Below the pieces are notes generated by a model. The model saw nothing but the letters and a program-made list of their open reading frames with translations. It was not told the origin of the DNA and searched no databases. 64,000 nucleotides of DNA, taken from the NCBI GenBank assembly GCA_046539845.1, contig JBKHGE010000001.1, positions 1-64,000 on the forward strand, written 5' to 3'. The position numbers were made by a program, and so were the translations under genes. This stretch comes from Desulfonatronovibrionaceae bacterium. Its GTDB lineage: Bacteria; Desulfobacterota; Desulfovibrionia; Desulfovibrionales; Desulfonatronovibrionaceae. Below, one piece after another: positions 18,984-28,528 of the stretch (the stretch's first letter is position 1; the number at the start of each line of letters is the position of its first letter).

Positions 18984-20648
18984 TCAATCCACATAAATCT
19001 TCAGACTGTCCCCGGGATAAATGGACCTGTTCCCGGACAATCCATTCCACTCCTGCAGATCCTTGGTGCGAACCCCAAAGCGTTTGGCAATATCCCACAG
19101 GGTATCCCCGTTGCGCACCTTATACTGGACCACCTGGCGATAGACTTCCTGCGCCTGTGTAGAGGAAGCCTGGGCTCTATCCCGGCCCAGGTCCGGGATA
19201 TAAATCCGGTCCCCGGGCCGAATGGACCGCGGATTGCTGATACCGTTCGCCCGGTACAGGGTCTGCAGCCCGACATCAAATTCCCTGGCCAGGCCCGACA
19301 GGGTGTCCCCTTTTTGTATCGTATAATTGGCCCGCTTGCGGGCACTTTTTTTGGCTACCGCCCCGGAGCGGGCCGAGGACGCGCTATGCGGGACCATAAG
19401 TGAGTCTCCGGGCCGGAGCATATTACTGTTTTTGCTGTTAATCTGCTTTAAAACGGAAATGGGTACATTGAAGAGCCTGGAAATCTTCCACCATGAATCT
19501 CCGTTGCGCACCCGGTAGCGGGAATAACCGGAATAAGGAGTGGAGTCCGGGTCGTCCAAAAAGGCCTTGGCGGTCCCCAGTTTTTCCTGCGGCACATACA
19601 CGGTGCATTTCTGGCGCGGGGGACTCACTTGGCGCCTGAAGGCCGGGTTCAGCTCCCTGAACCGCTGCCAGGACATATCCATACTCGTACTCAAACCCAA
19701 AAGATCGGTCCCCCCCTCCACCTGTAGCTCCGCCAGATCCGCTTCCCTGTTCCAGTCCAGGGGCTCGAAATCCAGATCCTCAAGGTTCTTGACGATCTTA
19801 AGGATGGCCATGAGCTTGGGCACATACAGACGGGTCTCGCGACGCAAATAGTGCCGGCTTCTTGTAAGATCAAAATAGTTGTCATACCCGCTTTTGCGCA
19901 GGGCGCTGGCCACCCGTCCCTCTCCAGCATTATACGCGGCCAGGGCCAAATACCAATCCCCGAAGTCGTCATAGAGCTTGTTCAAATAACTGGCAGCGGC
20001 CCGCGAGGCCTTGTACGGATCGCGTCTCTCGTCAATCCACCAATTGACATCCAGGCCGTAGCGCCTGCCGGTGCCGGGTATGAACTGCCACATCCCGGCC
20101 GCGCCGGCGTGGGAATAAGCCAAGGAATTGAATCCGCTCTCAGCAAACGGGAGAAAGATGAGTTCGTGAGGCAGCCCCTCCTCAGAGAAGACCTGCTTTA
20201 TGAACGGGAGATAGGGCTCGGACCTTTTCAGCCACCGGGCGAAGGCTTTTCTATGCCTGTTCGTATAGTACTTGAAATACTGCTGCATCTCCTTGGTTTC
20301 CCGGACGTCGAGCTGAAAATGTAGCCCCACGTCGGATTCCAGGGCCTTTTCCTCGGCCTCGGACAAAGGGATGTCCTCCGAGTCCTCAGGGGGTTCCTCT
20401 ATGGTTACCTCTTTTTTCTGCCCGCCCACGTCGCTGCTGTAGTCGTCCAGAAGGACTGAGTCGATTGCGGACGCTTTCTCGCCGGGCAGGGAAAAGCCCT
20501 TCCCGGACGAATCCCCCCCTGCAGCCGAGGCATTGGCTTCGACACGATACTCAGTCGTATCATCCGGATTTTTTGGTCCTTTTTGCCCCCCGGAAGTACA
20601 GGAAAAAAGAAAAAAGGGCAAAAGCAGTACAATCAAAATACGCATCAT
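18984..20648 (-). CDS. mltD: Lytic murein transglycosylase D-like lipoprotein with three LysM domains
   Basis: Lipobox LFSC, AESGF, AGMWQF, AAYNAGEG, 3 LysM repeats; start reassigned to 20648. Confidence 0.88.
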   Translation of the reverse strand: MMRILIVLLLPFFLFSCTSGGQKGPKNPDDTTEYRVEANASAAGGDSSGKGFSLPGEKASAIDSVLLDDYSSDVGGQKKEVTIEEPPEDSEDIPLSEAEEKALESDVGLHFQLDVRETKEMQQYFKYYTNRHRKAFARWLKRSEPYLPFIKQVFSEEGLPHELIFLPFAESGFNSLAYSHAGAAGMWQFIPGTGRRYGLDVNWWIDERRDPYKASRAAASYLNKLYDDFGDWYLALAAYNAGEGRVASALRKSGYDNYFDLTRSRHYLRRETRLYVPKLMAILKIVKNLEDLDFEPLDWNREADLAELQVEGGTDLLGLSTSMDMSWQRFRELNPAFRRQVSPPRQKCTVYVPQEKLGTAKAFLDDPDSTPYSGYSRYRVRNGDSWWKISRLFNVPISVLKQINSKNSNMLRPGDSLMVPHSASSARSGAVAKKSARKRANYTIQKGDTLSGLAREFDVGLQTLYRANGISNPRSIRPGDRIYIPDLGRDRAQASSTQAQEVYRQVVQYKVRNGDTLWDIAKRFGVRTKDLQEWNGLSGNRSIYPGDSLKIYVD

Positions 20649-20969
20649 AGATGACTCCCCAAAAACTCTTCGCGTTCGTAGATGGCTAGCTGAAACCTTC
20701 CGGTTTGGCAATCTCAATTTACCCTTCCGGGAAAAAGAAAAGCCGATCAGAGTGGAGTCGGTTTCAAAGCGCAGCCATTTACTCCGGACTGGGGTTCGGA
20801 TAATATTATTAAAAGCAGCGGTAAAGACAAAAAAATGCCGGGTGCGGTGCGGATCAGGAAGGGTCGCTTGGGGGAAAAGGCAGATAAAAGCCTTGAATGG
20901 ACCGCCCCCCTTGGCTGGTGACAGCATAATTGTTTAAAGCAGCAACCGAAAATCTCTAACAAAACACCT

Positions 20970-21701
20970 ATGTCCAAATTCATTTCCGGCCGCAAGCCGG
21001 TATCCGAAGCCATTGCCGCCCGAAACTCCATTGACCTTTTACTGCTCCGCAAAGGCGCATCCCGCCCGCTCCAGGAGATAGCGGACCAGGCCCGGGAGGC
21101 TGGAATAGCCTGTAAATACGTCTCCAGGGAGGAATTGGATAGACAGTGTCCGGGTAACAACCAGGGGATCGCCGCCCGAATGACCTCTGCCCGGATTACG
21201 GATCTGGAGGGACTCATCTCCGGGACGCAGCACACGGCCATGCCCTTGCTTCTGGCCCTGGATCAGCTCCAAGACCCGGGGAATGTGGGCACTCTATCCC
21301 GGACCCTTCTGGCTCTGGGCGGTGCCGGGATCATTTTGACCAAAAACAACTCCGCGGCCCTGGGTGCCGGGGCGCTCAAGGCCTCGGCTGGCGCGCTCGG
21401 CAGGCTGCCGCTGGCACGGGTAACCAATTTGGCCCGCACCCTGGACGGGCTGAAAGAAAAAGGCTTTTGGATATACGGGGCTGGGGCGGGAGAAAAAGGC
21501 ACAAATGCTTTTCATTTTGCTCCCGCGTTCCCGGCCGTGCTGGTCTTGGGGAACGAGGAAAAAGGGATCCGGCCCAATGTAAACAAAAGATGCGACACAA
21601 ACCTGCACGTCCCTATGCCCGGGGGCTTCGAGTCCATAAACGTGGCCCAGGCCGGGGCCATAATTATAGCCGAATTTCTGCGCCAAGCCGGGGCCAAATG
21701 A
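20970..21701 (+). CDS. rlmB: 23S rRNA Gm2251 methyltransferase (SpoU family)
   Basis: QDPGNVG, KASAGA, LGNEEKGIR, SINVAQA. Confidence 0.88.
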   Translation: MSKFISGRKPVSEAIAARNSIDLLLLRKGASRPLQEIADQAREAGIACKYVSREELDRQCPGNNQGIAARMTSARITDLEGLISGTQHTAMPLLLALDQLQDPGNVGTLSRTLLALGGAGIILTKNNSAALGAGALKASAGALGRLPLARVTNLARTLDGLKEKGFWIYGAGAGEKGTNAFHFAPAFPAVLVLGNEEKGIRPNVNKRCDTNLHVPMPGGFESINVAQAGAIIIAEFLRQAGAK

Positions 21702-21717
21702 GCAGCCACTGTTCTCT

Positions 21718-21987
21718 CTACCCAATATAATTGGGGATGTTTTTAAACACCTTTTCTGTAAACGTGACCATCTTGTTCATGATCCAGGGGAAGGCAAAGA
21801 GCAGGACCAAAAAGATGGAAATAATCTTAGGGACCATAGTCAGGGTCATTTCCTGGATCTGGGTGGCTGTCTGCAGGATGCTCACGGTAACTCCGACAAT
21901 GAGTCCCACACCCAGCATAGGCAGGGCGACCATTAAGGTGGTCTCGATGGCCTCTCTGGCGAATCCAACTACAAATTCCGGGGTCAT
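21718..21987 (-). CDS. fliQ: Flagellar export protein FliQ
   Basis: QTATQIQEMTLTMVPK. Confidence 0.95.
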   Translation of the reverse strand: MTPEFVVGFAREAIETTLMVALPMLGVGLIVGVTVSILQTATQIQEMTLTMVPKIISIFLVLLFAFPWIMNKMVTFTEKVFKNIPNYIG

Positions 21988-22040
21988 ATCATTTCCTTTT
22001 GTTTACTTTTGATCCGCTTTTGGCCGAAGCCGCCAGTTTA

Positions 22041-22826
22041 TCAGGCGAAGCTGTCCACCAGGGAGCGAACCAGGAGGTTCCAGCCGTCAACCAGGACAAA
22101 GAGCAATATCTTGAACGGCAAAGAGATCATGACCGGGGGGAGCATCATCATGCCCATGGACAAAAGGATACTGGCCACGACCATGTCCAGGATCAGAAAC
22201 GGCACATAAATCAAAAACCCAATCTGAAAACCGGTCTTGAGCTCGCTTATGGTGTATGCGGGCAAAAGGAGCATAGTCGGGACATCGGATCTGTTTTTGG
22301 GCTTCTCCATCCCGGATATGGCAAAAAAGGCGCTCAGGTCCTTCTCTCTGGTGTGCTTGAACAAAAAGTTGCGAATAGGGGCCTCGGCATTGGTCAAGGC
22401 CTCCTTATACCCGATCTCTTCCCGTAGATACGGCTGCAGCGCGGTGTCATTTATCTGTTTGCCCACGGGCATCATTATGGCCACGGTCATAAAAATGGCC
22501 AGGGCGGCCAGTATCTGGTTCGGAGGCATCTGCCGGGTGCCCACGGCCTGACGTAGAAAAGAAAAAACCACGATAATTCTGGTAAACGAGGTCGCGGTCA
22601 GGACAATGGCCGGGGCCACGGAGAGCACGGTGAGCAAAAACAGGATCTCCAGAAGAACGGAGACGTTCTCCGGGTCCGGTTGCTCTGCTGCCAGGGACAG
22701 GGAAAGAGAGGGCAGGGCAGGGTCGGCTGCAAAGGCGGCCGGCGGGGCAGCCAATAGCAGAAGACTAAGAATCGTCAGCAGGCTCGGAAGCCTTGTCCTC
22801 CAGAATCCGGGCGAATTCTTGCTCAT
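22041..22826 (-). CDS. fliP: Flagellar export protein FliP (start approximate)
   Basis: TSFTRI, PPNQI, LGMMMLPP..ISLPFKILLFVLVDGW. Confidence 0.95.
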   Translation of the reverse strand: MSKNSPGFWRTRLPSLLTILSLLLLAAPPAAFAADPALPSLSLSLAAEQPDPENVSVLLEILFLLTVLSVAPAIVLTATSFTRIIVVFSFLRQAVGTRQMPPNQILAALAIFMTVAIMMPVGKQINDTALQPYLREEIGYKEALTNAEAPIRNFLFKHTREKDLSAFFAISGMEKPKNRSDVPTMLLLPAYTISELKTGFQIGFLIYVPFLILDMVVASILLSMGMMMLPPVMISLPFKILLFVLVDGWNLLVRSLVDSFA

Positions 22827-23127
22827 CTTCATGGTCCGCATGTATCTTGGTCAAAAGGTTTATCCGGGATTCACTGATCCCCAGTACCAGATACTCATTC
22901 AAAAAGCGGACCACCACGATACTCTTCCTGGTCCCCAGACTCAGGTTGGCCACATGGGTCAGTACTCCGGACTGGCCAAAAGACAGTCCGGCCTTGTGTC
23001 CATAGCGGCGAAGAAGGAAAAAAATCAGAAAGATGCCGGCAAGGATCAGAAAAAGAGCACTTGCGGTCTTCATTCCAGCAAGGCCGATGCTCATGGACGA
23101 GGAAGCCATATCCGTCGCGTTAGCCAA
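22765..23127 (-). CDS. fliO: Flagellar protein FliO
   Basis: TM helix plus LGTRKSIVVV..YLVLGIS; between fliN and fliP. Confidence 0.85.
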   Translation of the reverse strand: MANATDMASSSMSIGLAGMKTASALFLILAGIFLIFFLLRRYGHKAGLSFGQSGVLTHVANLSLGTRKSIVVVRFLNEYLVLGISESRINLLTKIHADHEDEQEFARILEDKASEPADDS

Positions 23128-23725
23128 GTTTTTTAATCCTCTCTATGGGGCTTATTATATCGGTCAGCCGAACACCGAATTTTTCATTTATAACCACGGC
23201 CTCGCCCCGGGCCACCAGCTTGCCGTTGACCAGGATCTCCAGGGGCTCACCAGCCAGTTTGTTCAGCTCGATCACCGAACCCTGACCCAGCTGCAAAAGC
23301 TCGTTGATAAGCAGCTGGGTGCCTCCAAGCTGGGCCGTGACATTGAGCGGTATGTCCAGGATAAAGTCCAGATCCCTTTTGGTGCCCCCGCCTTTCTGGG
23401 CCTTGGCATCCTCTGTCAAATCATTGAACTGGACGTCTCTACTCTGGGCGGATAATTTCTCCTGTTTCTTCTCGTCCTTGGCCGACTTTTCCTCCTCGTC
23501 GGCCAGGGCCCGGGCCCATTCTTCAGCCAGGCCTTCGTCGTCCAAACCCTTATCCGCGCCCTGGTTCCCGGAATCGTCTCCATTTTGCTGTTCTTCTTCC
23601 TGATCGAGATCCCCGGTTTCGCCCAGGGCTGCTGCCCATTCCTCGGCCAGCTTATCCTGATCCGTCTTTTCCCCGTTCTGTCCGGCTGCCTGTTCTTCTT
23701 CCTGCGGCTTGTTCTCTTCAGCCAT
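23120..23725 (-). CDS. fliN: Flagellar motor switch protein FliN
   Basis: DIPLNVTAQLG, ELNKLAGEP, GEAVVINEKFGVR; acidic N-terminus with repeated LAEEWA. Confidence 0.93.
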   Translation of the reverse strand: MAEENKPQEEEQAAGQNGEKTDQDKLAEEWAAALGETGDLDQEEEQQNGDDSGNQGADKGLDDEGLAEEWARALADEEEKSAKDEKKQEKLSAQSRDVQFNDLTEDAKAQKGGGTKRDLDFILDIPLNVTAQLGGTQLLINELLQLGQGSVIELNKLAGEPLEILVNGKLVARGEAVVINEKFGVRLTDIISPIERIKKLG

Positions 23726-23733
23726 ATTCAACC

Positions 23734-24711
23734 TCAGTAATTGGTTTCCCTATCCTTTAATACCTGAAAGGCCTTGTTGCCTTTGGCCTGCCCCGGGTAG
23801 CCATAAAACTTTGGAACCCCCTCCACATAGGCCTCTATGGGATCTTCCTCATCAGTATCCAACATAAGTATGTCCCCTTTTTCCAGGTTCAGAAGCTGCC
23901 GTCCGGTGATCTGGGCTTGACCAAAGGTCACATTCACTTCCACCGGGACCTCCATAAGCCTCTCCTTGAACCTGGAGATCCAGGCATGATCCACCTCCAG
24001 GCGCTCGGACTGGAAGGCGGCATAGAGCTTGGAACGTATCGGTTCGATTGTGGCATAGGGCAGGCACAGCACCAGTGACCCGATGGCATTTTCCAACTCG
24101 ACCTCAAAAGTGACCACAACAACAACATCGCTGGGGGGGACAATTGAGGCGAACTGGGGATTTATCTCCGTGCGGACCATCTCGATCCCTACCTCGTGCA
24201 CCGGCCTCCAGGCCTCTTCCATATTGGTCAAAAGGATCTTGACCACTCGGGTGATTATGGTCTGTTCGATGGGGGTAAAGTCCCGGCCCTCAATCTTCGG
24301 CTGCGAACCCGGACCGCCGAAAAAATTCTCCACCAGGGAGAATACCAGCCTGGTGTCCACAATCATAAGGGCATTCCCGCGCAGGGGATCAATCTTGAAG
24401 ATATTTATGCTGGTCGGGACCGGTAAAGAACGCATAAAATCCCCAAACTTGGACATGTCTATGGAGACCGTGCTCACGTCCACTCGCTTGCGCAGAGTAT
24501 TGGCCAGGGCGTTGGTGGCCAAACGGGAAAAACGGTCGTTTATTATCTCCAGAACCGGCATCCGGCCACGGATGATCCGATCCTGATTGGACAGGTCAAA
24601 GGAAACGATTCCGGAATCGTCCTCAGGGACATCGGTCTCGGTCTCCACCTCCCCGCCGGTCAGCCCCCTGAGCAGAGCATCTACTTCGTCTTGATTCAGT
24701 ATCTTGTTCAT
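23734..24711 (-). CDS. fliM: Flagellar motor switch protein FliM
   Basis: ILNQDEVDALL, RIIRGRMP, FFGGPG, RDFTPIE. Confidence 0.95.
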   Translation of the reverse strand: MNKILNQDEVDALLRGLTGGEVETETDVPEDDSGIVSFDLSNQDRIIRGRMPVLEIINDRFSRLATNALANTLRKRVDVSTVSIDMSKFGDFMRSLPVPTSINIFKIDPLRGNALMIVDTRLVFSLVENFFGGPGSQPKIEGRDFTPIEQTIITRVVKILLTNMEEAWRPVHEVGIEMVRTEINPQFASIVPPSDVVVVVTFEVELENAIGSLVLCLPYATIEPIRSKLYAAFQSERLEVDHAWISRFKERLMEVPVEVNVTFGQAQITGRQLLNLEKGDILMLDTDEEDPIEAYVEGVPKFYGYPGQAKGNKAFQVLKDRETNY

Positions 24712-24716
24712 GGCTC

Positions 24717-25223
24717 TTACTGGACAACAAATTCAGTAAAATAAACCTTGACCACCGGTGAATTGTCAACAATCTGGTTCAAGCGGCTGACAATCTGTTT
24801 TTTCAGCTGCAATTTCTCTTCCATGGAGTCCACCTCAGAATAGCTCTTGCTGGACAAAAGCAAAAGCAGGGAATCCTTTACCCGAGGCATGGCGTCCTCG
24901 AGCTCCTTGGCCGCCTCCTTGTTCACCACTTCCACGTCCATAGAGACCTTAAGATACCTGCGTCCCAGGGGATCTGCCAGGTTGACCACGAATGAGGGCA
25001 GGGTCACGGTCTCTGGCTTTTCTTCTTTTTTGCCTTCGGACTCCTCCTGGGTGGCATTGCCATTATTTTGACGACTGTCCATATAATAGGTGTAGCCGAA
25101 ATATCCTCCGACTCCCAGGACAATGATAACCACTGCCAGCAATATCCATTTCAATTTGCCTTTTTTCTTTTTCTGTTCCTGTTCTTCCTGGCCTTCTTCC
25201 TGCTTTTTGTCCTTCTTGGCCAT
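24717..25223 (-). CDS. fliL: Flagellar basal body protein FliL
   Basis: N-terminal TM, FVVNLAD, VYFTEFVVQ. Confidence 0.92.
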   Translation of the reverse strand: MAKKDKKQEEGQEEQEQKKKKGKLKWILLAVVIIVLGVGGYFGYTYYMDSRQNNGNATQEESEGKKEEKPETVTLPSFVVNLADPLGRRYLKVSMDVEVVNKEAAKELEDAMPRVKDSLLLLLSSKSYSEVDSMEEKLQLKKQIVSRLNQIVDNSPVVKVYFTEFVVQ

Positions 25224-25259
25224 TTCTAATCTCCGGCTTAATATATTCGCGGGCAGGGT

Positions 25260-25988
25260 CTACATATAGGAATGTGGCGCATTCTTGAAAAGGACTTCCA
25301 CCCGCCTGTTCTTGGCCCGTCCCTCCGGGGTGTCATTGCTCGCTATCGGGAAATTGGGGCCGTACGCGGATACGGAGAATCTCTCCGGATCCAGATTCAT
25401 GTCCTGCAGGAAAAAATCCAGGACAGACATGGCCCTTTCCCCGGATATATACAAATTACCTCTTTCGGTCGAGGGGATATCGTCAGTATACCCGGATACA
25501 TTGACCGGTGCCGGCCAGATGCGGGTCAGCTCTCCCACCTGCTCCAGGATCTGCTTGGCCGCAGGGTTAAGCTCAGTCTCCCCCAAAGGAAAAAGAAGTT
25601 TGTCCGTGAGCACCAGGGCCACGCCCTCAGGCCGGACCAAAATCTCCAGATTCTCCTCCAGGGTGCTTTTGTTTATCTCCCGGGGCAGAGCCGTGTCTGG
25701 GAAAAGCAGGTCCTTTATTAGCTTTTTTTTCTCCAGGATTTCCCAGGGCTTCTCTATATTCTCCTTAACCAGCTGCAACCGCTTGTCCACGCGTCCGGAA
25801 GACTTTGTGGACATAAAGGCTATCCTGTCCCGGAACACAGTGGATATCTGCTCGATGATGCTCTGGTCCATGCTGGACATGCTCAACAGGAGCACGAAAA
25901 AGGTCAGAAGAAGAGTCATCATATCCGAGAAGGTGATCAACCATGCTGCCTCCTTTGGCGCGGACTCTTTCTTCTTTTTTCTGGCCAC
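25260..25988 (-). CDS. motB: Flagellar stator B subunit (OmpA-like domain), paralog 2
   Basis: WLITFSDMMTLLLTFFVLL, GYTD, NRRVE. Confidence 0.88.
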   Translation of the reverse strand: MARKKKKESAPKEAAWLITFSDMMTLLLTFFVLLLSMSSMDQSIIEQISTVFRDRIAFMSTKSSGRVDKRLQLVKENIEKPWEILEKKKLIKDLLFPDTALPREINKSTLEENLEILVRPEGVALVLTDKLLFPLGETELNPAAKQILEQVGELTRIWPAPVNVSGYTDDIPSTERGNLYISGERAMSVLDFFLQDMNLDPERFSVSAYGPNFPIASNDTPEGRAKNRRVEVLFKNAPHSYM

Positions 25989-25994
25989 GTCTGA

Positions 25995-26819
25995 TTACTC
26001 CGGTACAGCGTCTCCGTTCAGATCAAAGGTAAACCCCTTGTATTCGAACCCGTCCTCCTGACTTTCGCCCTTTGTTTCAGCCGCAATGCGGGCCTGCCAG
26101 TCTGAGTGGCGCTTGTTCAAAACAATCTCCACCCGACGGTTTTTTTCCCGACCCCGGGCTGTGGAACCGTCATGGCGGTCCCTGTACGGGCCGAACGCCT
26201 CCAGCCGGACCCGTTCTGCATCCAGGCCGGAGTCGAGCAGATATTTGTAAACATTCAATGAACGCTGCAGGGACAGACCCCACAAGGCCTCCCGGTCCCG
26301 CTTCCGGCCGTCCAGTAAGGTGTCCCCGTATTCGCTGCGCATGCTCGAGGCATGTCCGGTCAAAAGCAGGGGATAGTCTGCTCTCTTTAAAACCGGGACA
26401 ATCCGGTCCAAAAGCCTTTTTCCGGACTCGGTGATCCGGCTCTCCCCGGGATTAAACAATATGTCCCCGCCTATGCTTATTATCTGCATAAACCTGTTGG
26501 AAAGCAGGTCCACGTCTTGGAGCTTGTCCTCCCACATAAGCTTTTGCAGGGGCTGAAGGTCCTCGGCCTCGGACATGGGCCCGGGTTCATGCACTTCCCT
26601 ACTCTCGGTCAAACGCAAGACATCCATGCTTTTCGTCCCTATCCCGAAAGTCCCGGAAAGGGAGGTCCAGGCCAAGCGTACCTTGCGGACATCTTCCAGG
26701 GAGGCCATGCTCAAAAGGAGGACGAAAAAAGTCAAAAGAAGGGTCATCATATCCGAAAAGGTGATCAGCCAGGCTGCACCTCCGCCGGATTTGCCTTTCT
26801 TTTTCTTCCGGCCGGCCAA
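25995..26819 (-). CDS. motB: Flagellar stator B subunit (OmpA-like domain), paralog 1
   Basis: WLITFSDMMTLLLTFFVLL, LSLQRS, NRRVEI. Confidence 0.85.
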   Translation of the reverse strand: MAGRKKKKGKSGGGAAWLITFSDMMTLLLTFFVLLLSMASLEDVRKVRLAWTSLSGTFGIGTKSMDVLRLTESREVHEPGPMSEAEDLQPLQKLMWEDKLQDVDLLSNRFMQIISIGGDILFNPGESRITESGKRLLDRIVPVLKRADYPLLLTGHASSMRSEYGDTLLDGRKRDREALWGLSLQRSLNVYKYLLDSGLDAERVRLEAFGPYRDRHDGSTARGREKNRRVEIVLNKRHSDWQARIAAETKGESQEDGFEYKGFTFDLNGDAVPE

Positions 26820-26822
26820 GGT

Positions 26823-27584
26823 CTAATCCTCTTCCTGCCGGGACTTGGGCGGCAGATAGCTGTTCAGCTTTTCCGCTATTATCCGGGGATTTTCCCCCTT
26901 GGAAATGGATAAAATCCCCTCCAGAATCATTTCCCTACCCAGAACCTCTTCCTTGCTCCTGGTCTTTAGCTTCCCGGACATGGGGTTGAAGACCAGATTG
27001 GCCAAGACCGCGCCGTAGAATGTGGTCAAAAGGGCCACGGCCATGGCCGGACCGATCGTGCTGGGATCATTCATGGTCTGCAGCATCTGTACCAATCCGA
27101 TAACCGTCCCGATCATGCCGACGGCCGGGGCAAAGCCGCCCATAGTGGACAGGATCTCTGCTCCCTTTTCATGCCTTTCTTCCAGATAGGAAATCTCGGT
27201 CTCCAATATTTCCTGGATGGTCTGCGGTTCCAGACCGTCCACAGTCAGCTGCAGGCCTTTACGCAGAAACCGGTCATCGACCTCCTTTAAAAGGGGTTCC
27301 AGGGATAAGATGCCCTCTCGCCTGGCCCGGTTGGCGTAATCCAGAAACTGCTCAATGATGGTCGCTGGATCTTTGGATTGGGTCAAAAAGGTATTCTTAA
27401 TCACCCCGATGACCCCGATCACGTGTCCCAGGGGGTAGTTGACCAGAGTAGCGCCCATTGTCCCCCCGAAGACAATCAGCATTGCCGGGAGGTTGATGAA
27501 TGCCAGTGGGCTCCCGCCCACAACGATCGCAGCGGCCACAAGGCCAAAAGCCAAGACAGTCCCGATAATAGTCGCTAGATCCAT
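26823..27584 (-). CDS. motA: Flagellar stator A subunit (MotA/PomA)
   Basis: MDLATIIG, ARREGILSLE, PAVGMIGTVIGL, GPAMAVALLTTFYG. Confidence 0.94.
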   Translation of the reverse strand: MDLATIIGTVLAFGLVAAAIVVGGSPLAFINLPAMLIVFGGTMGATLVNYPLGHVIGVIGVIKNTFLTQSKDPATIIEQFLDYANRARREGILSLEPLLKEVDDRFLRKGLQLTVDGLEPQTIQEILETEISYLEERHEKGAEILSTMGGFAPAVGMIGTVIGLVQMLQTMNDPSTIGPAMAVALLTTFYGAVLANLVFNPMSGKLKTRSKEEVLGREMILEGILSISKGENPRIIAEKLNSYLPPKSRQEED

Positions 27585-27684
27585 ATGTGCCCGCCCACCC
27601 CGGTCAGTCGATCAGTCCGGGAATTGGTTGGTGAGATGTGTGTCCACACTTCGGATGCAGAAAACTCTTTTTCTCCATATTGCT

Positions 27685-27711
27685 TTTTCGGACGAATGCC
27701 TCGAATACTTA
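27685..27711 (-). promoter_or_regulatory. Possible sigma28 (FliA) promoter upstream of motA
   Basis: TAAG-N15-TCCGAAAA resembles TAAA-N15-GCCGATAA. Confidence 0.45.
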
Positions 27712-27713
27712 AA

Positions 27714-28412
27714 TTACTTATACTCTCTGGGCCCGAAAAGGCGGGTGCCCACCCGGATCAGAGTGGCGCCCTCCTCAATGGCCTGGGGAAAATCCGCGGT
27801 CATGCCCATGGACAGGTGCGGCAGCCTCCGGCCCAATTCCCTTTCCATCTTTTCTTTAAGCTGCCTCAGCCGGGCAAAATAGGGCCGGGATTTCTCCCCG
27901 TCTTCAAAAAACGGCGGCAGGACCATGAGTCCCTTGAGGTCCAAGCCGGACATCTCTTCGATAGCGGTGCAGAGCCTGCCGCTTTCCTCCGGCCGGACCC
28001 CGGATTTTTGTTTTTCCTCTCCCAGATTCACCTGGACCAAAACCGGCTGAACACCGCCAGTTTCCTGGAGGATATCGTTTAGCCTGCGGGCCAGTTTGGC
28101 GGAGTGCACGGTCTGCACCATGGCAAAGCGTCCAGCCACCTGCCTGGCCTTGTTGCTCTGCAGATGGCCTATAAAATGCCAATCTATGCCCAGGCCGGAC
28201 AATTCATCCATCTTGGCTGCCGCCTCCTGGACATAGTTTTCTCCAAAAATCCTTTGCCCGTAGTTATAGAGTTCAGCCACCCTGTCCGGGCCGTGGGTTT
28301 TGGAGACCGCCACCAGGGTAATATCCTGCACTGAACGCCCCGCTCTGCGCGCGGCATCCGCCATCTCCTCCTGAAACTTTTTAAGATTTTCTTTCAAACC
28401 GGACCCGTCCAT
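27714..28412 (-). CDS. yggS: PLP homeostasis protein YggS
   Basis: LVAVSKT, FGENYVQE, WHFIGHLQSNK, LSMGM, RVGTRLFG. Confidence 0.95.
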   Translation of the reverse strand: MDGSGLKENLKKFQEEMADAARRAGRSVQDITLVAVSKTHGPDRVAELYNYGQRIFGENYVQEAAAKMDELSGLGIDWHFIGHLQSNKARQVAGRFAMVQTVHSAKLARRLNDILQETGGVQPVLVQVNLGEEKQKSGVRPEESGRLCTAIEEMSGLDLKGLMVLPPFFEDGEKSRPYFARLRQLKEKMERELGRRLPHLSMGMTADFPQAIEEGATLIRVGTRLFGPREYK

Positions 28413-28528
28413 GACTGCTCCTTGGATTTATATTCCTGGCTTACACGCCCCTGAGCGGATCATATTTCTAACCGATTCTGCCGGCGCCAACAAAGGCCAG
28501 GCTGTACGTGGCTGGGACATCGCAGGAC

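Noticed and set aside
20800..20809. ATAATATTAT palindrome also present at 11090-11099
   Set aside because: Short AT-only sequence overlapping likely -10 elements; the genes are unrelated, so a shared regulon is unsupported
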